This document shows, piece by piece, positions 24,631 through 33,379 of a DNA stretch of 43,718 nucleotides; the stretch's first letter is position 1; every line of letters begins with the position of its first letter. Made by a program: the position numbers and the translations under genes. The stretch spans positions 1 to 43,718 of the forward strand of contig CAZQVN010000008.1 of the NCBI GenBank assembly GCA_964596775.1, read 5' to 3'. Origin of the DNA: an uncultured bacterium (GTDB lineage: Bacteria; Eisenbacteria; RBG-16-71-46; JABDJR01; JAWXBZ01). Below the pieces are notes generated by a model. The model ran no database searches, was not told the origin of the DNA, and saw only the letters and a list, made by a program, of their open reading frames with translations.

Positions 24631-25806
24631 CTAGCGGTAGGCCGCGATGCCGGTCACCGCTTCGCCGAGCACCAGGGTGTGGATCTCGTGCGTGCCTTCG
24701 TATGTCTTGACCGACTCGAGGTTCATCATGTGCCGGATGACCGGATACTCGAGCAGGATTCCGTTGGCGCCGAGAATGCTGCGCGCCTCCCGCGCGATGT
24801 CGAGGGCGATCGCCACGTTGTTCCGCTTGGCCATCGACACCTGCTCGCTGGTCATCGTGCCGGCGTCCTTGAGGCGGCCGAGCTGCAGACAGAGGAGCTG
24901 CCCCTTCGTGATCTCGGTGATCATCTCCGCGATCTTCGCCTGGGTGATCTGGAAACCGGCGATCGGACGGTCGAACTGGATGCGGCTCTTTCCGTACTCC
25001 ACCGCGGTGTGCAGGCAGCTCATGGCGGCGCCGAGCGCCCCCCAGGCGATGCCGTAGCGGGCCTGGGTGAGGCAGGAGAGCGGCCCCTTCAGTCCGCGGA
25101 TGTTCGGAAGACGGTTCTCGTCGGGCACGCGCACGTCGGACAGGATGAGCTCGCTCGTGATCGACGCCCGGAGCGACATCTTCTGTTTCATCTCGGGCGC
25201 GGAAAATCCCTTGCGCTCCTTTTCCACGAGGAAGCCGAGAATCCCTTCCTCGGCGCGGGCCCAGACGATGGCGACATCCGACACGGTGCCGTTCGTGATC
25301 CACATCTTGGCGCCGTTCAGGATCCAGTCGTTGCCGTCCTTCACCGCCGTGGTCTTCATGCCGCCCGGATTGCTGCCGAAGTCGGGTTCGGTCAGGCCGA
25401 AGCAGCCGATGGCCTTGCCGGACGCCATGAGCGGGAGCCAGTGGTCCTTCTGTTTTTCCGATCCGTAGGCATGGATCGGGTACATGACGAGGGCTCCCTG
25501 CACGCTCGCGGCGGAACGGATTCCGGAATCACCGCGCTCGAGTTCCTGCATGATCAGGCCGTAGGCCACGTTGTTCATTCCGGCGCAGCCGTACTTTTCC
25601 GGAAGATTCGCGCCGAACAGCCCGAGATCGGCCATCTTCGGAGTGAGTTCGTGCGGGTAGGTCCCCGCTTCATAGTGGTGTTCGATGACCGGCAGGATTT
25701 CCTGGTCGACGAATTCGCGGACGGTCTGCCGGGCCATCTTCTCTTCGTCGGAGAGAAGACCGTCCATGGCCATGAAGTCGAAGCCCGAAAACTTGCTGAA
25801 AGCCAT
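24631..25806 (-). CDS. Acyl-CoA dehydrogenase, glutaryl-CoA dehydrogenase-like
   Basis: 391 aa with ACAD N-terminal, middle and C-terminal domain signatures (GxFGLTEP, KMWITN, YEGT). SD AGGAG lies 7 nt upstream. Confidence 0.9.
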   Translation of the reverse strand: MAFSKFSGFDFMAMDGLLSDEEKMARQTVREFVDQEILPVIEHHYEAGTYPHELTPKMADLGLFGANLPEKYGCAGMNNVAYGLIMQELERGDSGIRSAASVQGALVMYPIHAYGSEKQKDHWLPLMASGKAIGCFGLTEPDFGSNPGGMKTTAVKDGNDWILNGAKMWITNGTVSDVAIVWARAEEGILGFLVEKERKGFSAPEMKQKMSLRASITSELILSDVRVPDENRLPNIRGLKGPLSCLTQARYGIAWGALGAAMSCLHTAVEYGKSRIQFDRPIAGFQITQAKIAEMITEITKGQLLCLQLGRLKDAGTMTSEQVSMAKRNNVAIALDIAREARSILGANGILLEYPVIRHMMNLESVKTYEGTHEIHTLVLGEAVTGIAAYR

Positions 25807-25962
25807 TGGTTGCTCCTGAAGGCGGGGTGACCCGCGGGGTGAGGCGGCCGGCGATCACGACAGGGAGGATCGCCGGCGGACCGGATAATCGGCATTGAAA
25901 CACGTTAACAGTATCCGCTGGGTCATGCGGATTCAAGGGGAGGCCTGGGGGGCGCCGCGTCG

Positions 25963-27333
25963 TCAGTGGCGGATCTTCGGCCAGAACTCCGGAAACTCGA
26001 AATCGGGGGTCTGTCCCGGCGTGTGGCAGGTGCGGCAGGTGTTCTCGTCGCCGCGGAGAACCTTTTCCTGGAACGGTGCCGTTATGTGCTTGCCCCCCGG
26101 GCCGTGGCAGGACTCGCACCCGACCGCGACAAGTTCCGGCTGCAGGGACTCGATGAAGAACCCGTTCGGTTTCAGGTATCCGGTGCTGTGACATCCCATG
26201 CACAGCGGGTTCAGCGTGTTCTTCGATTCCTCCAACGGCTCCCAGGCATGCGCGTGCCGGCTGGCCTTCCATGTCTCGAACTCGGCGGGGTGGCAGGAGG
26301 CGCAGGCCGCCGCGCCCACGTATTTCGTGGCGCGGGGATCGCCGCGCTGGGCCTCGGCGCGCTCGCGCGTTCTTCCCTGGAGAACACGGTCGAACCGGCT
26401 CATGAATTCGTCGGCGGCGGGGTCCACTTCGGTCTTCAGGTTGACCTCGGTGATGTCCACGGTCTTTTCCCACCCTTCGCCGGACTTCCGGAAGTCGATG
26501 CGGATCGATCGCTTGCCGAGGACTCCGGTCATCACGATGGGGACGCCCGAGGTGGCATCCTGCATGGGGTCCTCGATGCGCGCGTCCGCCCCGATGATGA
26601 GGTCGATTCCCGGTGTCGAATCCGCCACCCGGCGCGCCGTTCCGACGCCGAAGTTGGCCAGCACGATCACGACGTCGGCCTGCCCGCGCGCCTCCGCAAC
26701 AACCCTTCCGGCGACCTTGACCGGATCCTCGAAGTGGGCCTTGCCGCCGCCCGGAGTGGAGATCACCGAGTAGCGGGCGGGCTCGGTCAGGCCGATCACG
26801 GCGACCTTCGGCGCGCCGGGTTTGGGCGTTCCGGAGGGCGTCCGCGGTTCGACGATCCGGAACGGGGGGAACAGCGGGGGGCCGCCGTCGAGGCCGACCA
26901 GGTTCGCCGAGATGCCGGTGATCGAGGCCTCGCGCAGCAGTGCCTCGAGGAACCCGATGCCCCCGTCCAGTTCCGTCTCCCCGATATTGAGGATGTCGAG
27001 ACCGAGGGACGAGAACGCCTCCATCATGTACGGCACCACGACGTCCGTTTCCTGGGTCTTGAAGGGCAGGGCCCTGCCGGCGTCCAGGTACAGGAACCCC
27101 TGGTCCGGATGCGCCGCGCGATAGCGCTGGATGATGCCCGCCCGCCGGGCGTGGCCCCCGAGGTTGTCCTTTCAGCCGCAGGTGTGCAGCTGGCCGAACA
27201 GGCTCCCGGTTGCGAAGACGACGAAATCGGGATCGGCCGGCTTCGGTTTCGCGCAGGCGAAGGCCAGCAGCGCGAAACCGGCAAGAAGGGCGGAATGCAG
27301 GACCTTGTGGAGGCTGGGGGTCGATGGCTTCAT
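25963..27333 (-). CDS. Signal-peptide protein with a degenerate 5'-nucleotidase/metallophosphoesterase-like domain fused to a tetraheme cytochrome c domain, interrupted by one in-frame TGA (27172-27174): candidate selenoprotein or recent pseudogene
   Basis: The ORFs 27172-27417 and 25963-27039 are in the same frame and separated by a single TGA. Similarity to the UshA fold is continuous across the stop (GGHARRAGII, LYLDAGR, NIGETELD, DVVIVLANFGVG). The C-terminus has four CxxCH motifs (CASCH, CMGCH, CESCH, CRTCH). The N-terminal signal is MKPSTPSLHKVLHSALLAGFALLAFAC. Confidence 0.5.
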
Positions 27334-27521
27334 TTGGGTGACGGTATGACGGCGGAAACGGGCTCCGGGTTGAGACGAATCGGAAAGTCGCTCCCCGAGC
27401 GGAAACGACGCCACCATTATAACCGGAGTGGCGCGGATGTTTCGACGCCGGCATCAAAATCGAGCCAGTCGCACGCGCTGCGCGACCCGGCTTGCGGCCC
27501 CCTCTCTACCGCCGGACGGGG

Positions 27522-30017
27522 TCAGCGGCCCCCGCGGATCCGTTCGAGGAGCGCGCGCGCCCGTCCATGCCCCGGGTCGACGGCCAGCGCCGCCTCGAGT
27601 TCCCGGATTGCGTCCTCCGGCCGCCCCTGCTCGAACAGTGCCGCGCCGAGTCCGAAGCGGGCGGGCGCGAGATTCGGGGTGATCGCCAGCGATCTGCGAA
27701 AGTCCTTTTCGGCATCGGCGGGGCGCTTGAGGTCGAGGAGGAGAAAGCCCCGGTTCATCAGGACCTTCTGATCGGAGGGTTCGATGGCGATCGATCGGTC
27801 GTAGCCGGACAGGGCTTCGGAGTTGTTCCCCAGCCGCTGCTCGCAGAGAGCCAGGTTGCTCCAGCCGAGCGCGTAGTCGGGGTCGGCCTCGAGAAGCCGC
27901 CTCAGGACCGAGCGGGACTCCTCGAACCGGCCCTGCTGCATGGTGATCGACGCGAGATTGTTCGCCGCCGTCCGGCTTCGCGGGGCGATGGCCAGCGCTT
28001 TCCGGAACTCCGCCTCGGCGCCCGCCGCGTTCCCGTCGCGGGCGAGCACGATTCCGAGGTTCACGTGGCGGGAGGCCTCGAATTCCGCGTCGCCGGGAGG
28101 GGTGGATCCCGATGCCCCGGGGGAGACGGGCGGCGTGATCGGCGCGTCGCCGGTGCCCGCGGTTCCGCCGGCCGGGGCAGCCGAGGGGGCCGCCGTTCCG
28201 TCCGCGGCAGTGCCGGGTGAATCCGCCGGTCCGCTGCTGCCGGCCCCCGTGACGCGGGCCGCAGCCGGAGGCGCGTACCCGGATGTCGGCAGGTTGTCCA
28301 GGCGCAGCGTGTCCGCGGGGGCGAAGAATCCGTCCTCGAACGCCTCGCCGAGCACGCGCCCCTCGAAGGATTGCGCCAGCGGGCCGCCGAGCACGGCCAT
28401 GACGGTCGGCGCGACGTCGAATATCGAAGCGCCCCGGAGCACCGCGCCCTTCCGGACGCCGGGGCCGCTCATCACGATGATCCCCTCGAGGAGGTGCCAG
28501 CGGGCGGCGTTTGCCTCCTCCATGTCCGCGCCGCCGGTCAGGCGGGCGTCTCCGGAGCGGAATCCATGATCGGAAACGATGATCACGACGGTGCTGTCAG
28601 GGACCTCGGAGAGAAACGTGCCGAGGATCTCGTCCTGGTGCCGGTAGGCTTCGTCGACGGCGCTGCCGAAGCGGCGGAAATCGGCCTCGGACACGTCGCT
28701 CCGCCGCGGCGGAGCGAAGGGCATGAACAGGTGACTGACCGCATCGACGAACTCGAAGTAGACCATCATCAGGTCCGGTCGTTCGTCGCGGTAGAGATCC
28801 AGCCCGATGCGCGCGTAGCTGTCGGCGGTGGCGAGGGTGTGAATGAAGTTGTTGATCCGGTTCCCCTTTTCGTACCCGGGGCGCCGAACGGATTCGACTT
28901 CGGCCTCCGGGGCCGAAATGAATCGCCGGACCGCGGCGTTCGAAACGGTCGTGGAGCGGACGGCGCGGTCTTCGCGGCCGGAGAGCAGGTCCGGCGGCTG
29001 GGTCAGGTCCGCCGCGGAGGGGTCGCCGGCAACCTGCCCGGCAAATGCCAGGAATCCGAAACGGTCGGTGACCACGAATCCCTCGATCGGCTCCGCCGGC
29101 CAGGTGGCGAGCCACCCGACGACGCCGGCGCGCTTTCCGAACGCCGGAGCCAGGTTCCACAGCGCCGGCGCGGAGCGCAGCCGGCTCGTGGCCGGGACCG
29201 GTTTCCCGGACACCGGGTCGGGCGTGAGGAAGTCGAGGATTCCGTGCCTCTCCGGTCCGACCCCGGTGGCGATCGTGGTCCAGATCAGCGGGGAGAGGAG
29301 CGGCTCGATCGAGCGGAGGGGGCCGGACGCCCCGCCCCGGATGACCCGGTCCAGCACCGGAAGCCGTCCGGCCGCGCGCAGCCGGTTGACGATCGTCCAG
29401 TCCGCGGAATCGATGCCGATGACGAGCACGCGCCGGCTCCGGCTGTCCGCATGAGCGCGGGCGAGGCTCACGGCCGCTCCCGGGGCCAGGGTGACGGAGC
29501 CCGCGGTCACGCCATTCAGGCGCACGCCGATCGCGGACAGGCGCGGAGCCAGGGCCGCGGTCAGGCGCCCGGCCAGGTCGGCGGACGAGGCGCTGGTCAG
29601 CGCTTCGGCGGACTGCTCCGCGGCCAGGTTTCGCAGCTCGGTCTTGAGCCGTTCGCGGATCGGGGCGTCCGGGAGACCCCGGGCGACGTCGTGAAACGCC
29701 ACGAGACCGTCCGGATCGAGAACGCAGTCGAGTTCGACTGCCAGCCGGATTTCCGCCCCTTCCGCGGAAAACAGGCGGTAGACACCGCCGGCGGTATCCG
29801 CCGGCGCGGGAAAGCGCACCGCGAGCGGGCCGGAGGGATAGAGCGTGACCCGGTAGCCGGGGCCCCGCAGGTGAAGCCCCGGTCCGACCGCCTCCCGCGC
29901 CGGCCCCCGTTCCAGGACGGCCTGCCGCCCGTCGGGGACGACCTTGACCACAAGCAGAAACAGCGTGGCCAGCACGAGGACAATCGCGGAGATCAGGAGA
30001 GCGCGGATTTTCTGCAT
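27522..30017 (-). CDS. Membrane-anchored alkaline-phosphatase-superfamily (type I phosphodiesterase / nucleotide pyrophosphatase-like) protein with C-terminal TPR repeats
   Basis: N-terminal TM anchor MQKIRALLISAIVLVLATLFLLVV. AP-superfamily core motifs are present (VIGIDSADWTIV, SPLIWTTIATG, VIIVSDHGF), followed by five or more C-terminal TPRs. The 1476-aa ORF-track ORF extends spuriously antisense through typA, so the start is set at the ATG at 30017. Confidence 0.75.
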   Translation of the reverse strand: MQKIRALLISAIVLVLATLFLLVVKVVPDGRQAVLERGPAREAVGPGLHLRGPGYRVTLYPSGPLAVRFPAPADTAGGVYRLFSAEGAEIRLAVELDCVLDPDGLVAFHDVARGLPDAPIRERLKTELRNLAAEQSAEALTSASSADLAGRLTAALAPRLSAIGVRLNGVTAGSVTLAPGAAVSLARAHADSRSRRVLVIGIDSADWTIVNRLRAAGRLPVLDRVIRGGASGPLRSIEPLLSPLIWTTIATGVGPERHGILDFLTPDPVSGKPVPATSRLRSAPALWNLAPAFGKRAGVVGWLATWPAEPIEGFVVTDRFGFLAFAGQVAGDPSAADLTQPPDLLSGREDRAVRSTTVSNAAVRRFISAPEAEVESVRRPGYEKGNRINNFIHTLATADSYARIGLDLYRDERPDLMMVYFEFVDAVSHLFMPFAPPRRSDVSEADFRRFGSAVDEAYRHQDEILGTFLSEVPDSTVVIIVSDHGFRSGDARLTGGADMEEANAARWHLLEGIIVMSGPGVRKGAVLRGASIFDVAPTVMAVLGGPLAQSFEGRVLGEAFEDGFFAPADTLRLDNLPTSGYAPPAAARVTGAGSSGPADSPGTAADGTAAPSAAPAGGTAGTGDAPITPPVSPGASGSTPPGDAEFEASRHVNLGIVLARDGNAAGAEAEFRKALAIAPRSRTAANNLASITMQQGRFEESRSVLRRLLEADPDYALGWSNLALCEQRLGNNSEALSGYDRSIAIEPSDQKVLMNRGFLLLDLKRPADAEKDFRRSLAITPNLAPARFGLGAALFEQGRPEDAIRELEAALAVDPGHGRARALLERIRGGR

Positions 30018-30031
30018 GAATCTTGACGTTA

Positions 30032-30058
30032 TGCTATACTCGCCCGCTTTGCAAAGCG
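30032..30058 (+). promoter_or_regulatory. Extended -10 element (TGcTATACT) followed by perfect 14-bp palindrome CGCTTTGCAAAGCG in the typA / phosphodiesterase divergent region
   Basis: TGnTATACT lies at 30032-30040 and the palindrome at 30045-30058. On the minus strand, TTGCGC-N17-TATAGC could serve the divergent gene. Confidence 0.35.
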
Positions 30059-30095
30059 CAATGGTGCGTTGGAACATGCAGTACTGGAGGCATTC

Positions 30096-31922
30096 GTGGC
30101 CCGGAAAGAACGCCAGGACATCCGTAACCTGGCCATCATCGCTCACGTCGACCACGGCAAGACGACGCTCGTGGACGCCATGCTCTGGCAGAGCGGAATC
30201 TTCCGCGAGAACCAGGAGGTCGTGGAACGGGTCATGGATTCCAACGATCTGGAGCGTGAAAAGGGGATCACGATCCTCGCCAAGAACACGGCCGTCATGT
30301 ACAAGGACACGAAGATCAACATCGTGGACACACCCGGCCACGCGGATTTCGGAGGCGAGGTCGAGCGGACCCTGAAGATGGTGGAGGGCGTGCTCCTGCT
30401 GGTCGACGCCTCCGAGGGGCCGCTCCCGCAGACGCGCTTCGTGCTCAAGAAGGCGCTGGAACTCGGCCTGGTGCCGATTCTCGTCGTCAACAAGATCGAT
30501 CGCAAGGACGCCCGGGTCAAGGAAGTGCTGGACGAGGTGTACGACCTGTTCATCGATCTCGACGCGCACGAGGACCAGCTCGATTTTCCGATTCTCTACA
30601 CGAACGCCAGGGCCGGCACCGTCCGCCTGACCCCGGACGGCGAGGACACGCCGCTGGGGCCGCTGTTCGACGAAATCCTCAGGACGATCCCGCCCCCCGT
30701 CTACGATGACGAAAAGGGGTTGCAGCTTCTCGTCACGAATCTCGACTACTCGGACTTCGTGGGGCGCCTGGCCGTCGGGCGCATCGTCAACGGCTCGATC
30801 CGGCCCAAGAATCCCCTGGCGCTGTGCCGCCTGGACGGAAGCATCGTCAACGGCAAGGTGACCACCCTGTACGTGTTCCAGGGGCTGGAGAGGAAGGAAG
30901 CCCAGCAGGCCGGTCCCGGCGACCTCGTGGCGCTGGCCGGCATCGACGAGGTGTCGATCGGGGAGACGATCTGCGATCCGGACCGCCCCGAGGCGCTGCC
31001 GCCGATCCGGGTGGACGAGCCGACCGTCTCGATCATGTTTTCGGTGAACAATTCGCCCTTCTCGGGTCAGGAAGGGAAGTACGTCACGTCCCGGCAGATC
31101 CGCGACCGCCTGTACAAGGAGATCCTCACGAACGTGTCCGTCCGCGTCGAGGATACCGCCACCCCGGATACGCTCAAGGTGTCCGGGCGCGGCGAGCTTC
31201 AGCTGGCCATCCTCATCGAGATGATGCGGCGCGAGAACTACGAGATGTCCGTGTCCAAGCCGGAAGTCATCACGAAGAAGGAGGACGGCCGGACCCTCGA
31301 GCCGATGGAAATCCTGGTGATCGACTGCCCCGAGGAGTTCATCGGCGTGGTCACCCAGAAGCTCGGGCCGCGCAAGGGGCGGATGGAAAAGATGATCAAC
31401 CACGGCACCGGCCGCGTGCGGCTGGAGTTCCGGATTCCCTCGCGGGGGCTGATCGGTTTCCGTTCGGAGTTCCTCACCGACACACGCGGCACCGGGATCC
31501 TCAACCACCTGTTCGCCGGTTACGACGAGTGGCAGGGGACGATCACGTCGCGGACAACCGGCGCGCTGGTGGCCGACCGACCCGGAAAGACCACGAGCTA
31601 CGCCATCGAGCATCTCCAGGACCGCGGCGTGATCTTCATGAAGCCCGGCGAGAAGGTCTACGAGGGGATGATCGTCGGCGAGAACAGCCGCGCCAACGAC
31701 CTCGACGTGAACATCGTCAAGGAGAAGAAGCTGACGAACATGCGCGCCTCCGGCAGCGAGGATGCCGTGCACCTCTTCCCCCCCCGCCAGTTCAGCCTCG
31801 AGCAGGCCCTGGAGTTCATCCGGGACGACGAGCTCCTGGAAGTGACGCCGACGAGCTTCCGCTTCCGCAAGCGCGTCCTTGCCGCCAACCAGCGGCCGAA
31901 GCGCGACGACGACTCGAAGTAG
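30096..31922 (+). CDS. typA: Translational GTPase TypA/BipA
   Basis: G1 motif [18 protein letters not shown], together with DTPGHADF and NKID. The GTG at 30096 is preceded by GGAGG with a 5-nt spacer and gives the canonical N-terminus [23 protein letters not shown]. The ORF track starts at a TTG at 30069. Confidence 0.92.
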   Translation: MARKERQDIRNLAIIAHVDHGKTTLVDAMLWQSGIFRENQEVVERVMDSNDLEREKGITILAKNTAVMYKDTKINIVDTPGHADFGGEVERTLKMVEGVLLLVDASEGPLPQTRFVLKKALELGLVPILVVNKIDRKDARVKEVLDEVYDLFIDLDAHEDQLDFPILYTNARAGTVRLTPDGEDTPLGPLFDEILRTIPPPVYDDEKGLQLLVTNLDYSDFVGRLAVGRIVNGSIRPKNPLALCRLDGSIVNGKVTTLYVFQGLERKEAQQAGPGDLVALAGIDEVSIGETICDPDRPEALPPIRVDEPTVSIMFSVNNSPFSGQEGKYVTSRQIRDRLYKEILTNVSVRVEDTATPDTLKVSGRGELQLAILIEMMRRENYEMSVSKPEVITKKEDGRTLEPMEILVIDCPEEFIGVVTQKLGPRKGRMEKMINHGTGRVRLEFRIPSRGLIGFRSEFLTDTRGTGILNHLFAGYDEWQGTITSRTTGALVADRPGKTTSYAIEHLQDRGVIFMKPGEKVYEGMIVGENSRANDLDVNIVKEKKLTNMRASGSEDAVHLFPPRQFSLEQALEFIRDDELLEVTPTSFRFRKRVLAANQRPKRDDDSK

Positions 31923-31940
31923 GGAACAGGCAGAACGACA

Positions 31941-31980
31941 GCGGCGGCGCACCCTCGCGGATGCGCCGCCGATTTTCTTT
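31941..31980 (+). terminator. Intrinsic terminator after typA (stem CGGCGGCGC / GCGCCGCCG followed by ATTTTCTTT)
   Basis: A 9-bp GC stem (31942-31950 and 31962-31970) is followed by a U-rich tract. Confidence 0.65.
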
Positions 31981-32031
31981 CCGTGGAGGACGTCCGCGGT
32001 CGGGCCGCTGCCGCGGGGCCCGGCAACCTGG

Positions 32032-33000
32032 TCAGGCTTCCGATTCCACGTCGCTTTCGCTCATGCGGTACATGGCTTCCTCTTCGTCCTCGATGACGGG
32101 GAGTCCGAGCTGGCGCGCGCGACGCTCCCACTCGGCCTTTTCATCCAGTTTTTCCGCTGCCGCGTGGCTGCCGTTGCCCCCGTTCAGGTCGTCGGCCGCC
32201 GCAGTTTCCGCAGCCGGCGTGCCGAAGCCGACGCTGGCCGGCCGGCCGGCCATGACGTCGGCCACGCCCTCGTGCTGGCGGTTCAGCCGGCAGATCCGGT
32301 AGCCGTCGGGGCGCTGTTCCTTGAGCAGGATGCCGTCGCGGATGGAGTCGGCCACGATCTGCCGGGACTCTTCCTCCTGCATGCCCGGAAATTCGCTCGA
32401 CGTGGACATGGCCGCGGAAATGTACTTGAACGTGACGAACGGCTTGCTTCGCTCGAGGCGGTCGACGAACTTGACGAAGGACGTGAACCGCTCGGTGGCT
32501 CCGACCGGTTCGAAGACGAGCGGGTCGAAGTTGGAGCCGGCGCTCTCGACGAGATCGTTGGACACGGAGCCGGGAACGCCGGAGATGATCACGGTCTTGC
32601 CGTAGCGGTTCCGGGCCATCGTGACCGCGCGGATGAAGTGGCGGTCGCCGGTCATGAGGACGTACGTCTTCACGAACGGCCGGTCGAGCAGCGTTTCGAA
32701 GATGTCCATGAGCATGTCCATGTCGGCGCCGCTCTTCTTGCGGTCGCCGGCCTGGTGGGCGGCCACGTTGATCGCGGTTATCCCGGACACCTGGAGGTCG
32801 CGCTGGACGCGGTCCGGATGCTCGCTGAAGTCGGCGTAGGCCCGGGACACGGTAACGAGACCGTAGCGCCGGGCCTTTTCCATCAGCATCTGGCCGCCGA
32901 CTTCGCGGCCGTAGGTGTTCAGCACACTGTAGCGGATGTTTTCAAAGTCGATGAACAACGCCACCTGCTCCGTGGGCCGCTCCACGTCATTCCTTTCCAT
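32032..33000 (-). CDS. NYN-domain (LabA-like) protein with C-terminal OST-HTH/LOTUS-like domain
   Basis: NYN signature VALFIDFENIRY...MTGDRHF and a C-terminal LOTUS-like region (FVKFVDRL...ADSIRDGILL). The ATG at 33000 has GGAGGA 3 nt upstream; the longer ORF-track N-terminus is probably not translated. Confidence 0.75.
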   Translation of the reverse strand: MERNDVERPTEQVALFIDFENIRYSVLNTYGREVGGQMLMEKARRYGLVTVSRAYADFSEHPDRVQRDLQVSGITAINVAAHQAGDRKKSGADMDMLMDIFETLLDRPFVKTYVLMTGDRHFIRAVTMARNRYGKTVIISGVPGSVSNDLVESAGSNFDPLVFEPVGATERFTSFVKFVDRLERSKPFVTFKYISAAMSTSSEFPGMQEEESRQIVADSIRDGILLKEQRPDGYRICRLNRQHEGVADVMAGRPASVGFGTPAAETAAADDLNGGNGSHAAAEKLDEKAEWERRARQLGLPVIEDEEEAMYRMSESDVESEA

Positions 33001-33379
33001 TCTTCCTCCATGAAACCGCGTGCGAAGCGCGCCTTCCGATAATGTACAGCCTGCCCGGCCAGCGGCCTGAACCGGATGTTCTGTTCGTTCGGAGATCTCG
33101 ACAATTGAGGCGCGAACTCTAATGGTTGCGATCGGGCTCCGCCGCGTCCGTCGGGGGGCGGCGGAGGATTCCTCCACGGAAAAATCAAAACGGGAAAAAG
33201 AGCAATGTCCAAAACCGTTTCTGAACCAAGCGACCTTCACTTCCAATCTCATTCAACGCGGAGAGTGTAACCATTCCGAACGTTGCTGCCAAGAGGCGGG
33301 TGAGCGCTGGATTCGGTTACCGGCGCAATCAGGGGACCGCCGCTGCGGCGGAGCAGGGGGGTGGTGAAGCGGACACGCC

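Noticed and set aside
25847-25877. 10-bp-stem hairpin between the cytochrome-fusion gene and the acyl-CoA dehydrogenase gene, as a terminator
   Set aside because: No U-tract follows it on either strand. It may be an RNA processing or attenuation structure, but it is not a canonical intrinsic terminator.
24679-27771. Plus-strand 383-aa and 601-aa ORFs and the minus-strand 595-aa ORF
   Set aside because: Shadows of the ACAD and cytochrome-fusion genes, with no motifs and low complexity.
28371-33042. Plus-strand 551-aa, 492-aa and 387-aa ORFs and the 30018-31952 part of the 1476-aa minus-strand ORF
   Set aside because: Antisense to the phosphodiesterase-TPR, typA and NYN genes. The typA identity is certain, so the minus-strand reading across it is spurious.
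33272-33300. TGGCAG-N5-TTCGG on the minus strand in the kinase-NYN spacer, as a possible sigma54 promoter
   Set aside because: The -12 element has CG instead of the invariant GC. This was judged to be chance.
33001-33379. tRNA, tmRNA, SRP RNA or 6S RNA in the long spacer
   Set aside because: No T-loop (GGTTCGANTCC) or anticodon-arm pattern, no tmRNA tag ORF, and only a weak resemblance (GCUGCCAAG) to the SRP domain IV motif. It is kept only as a generic sRNA or leader possibility in the findings.
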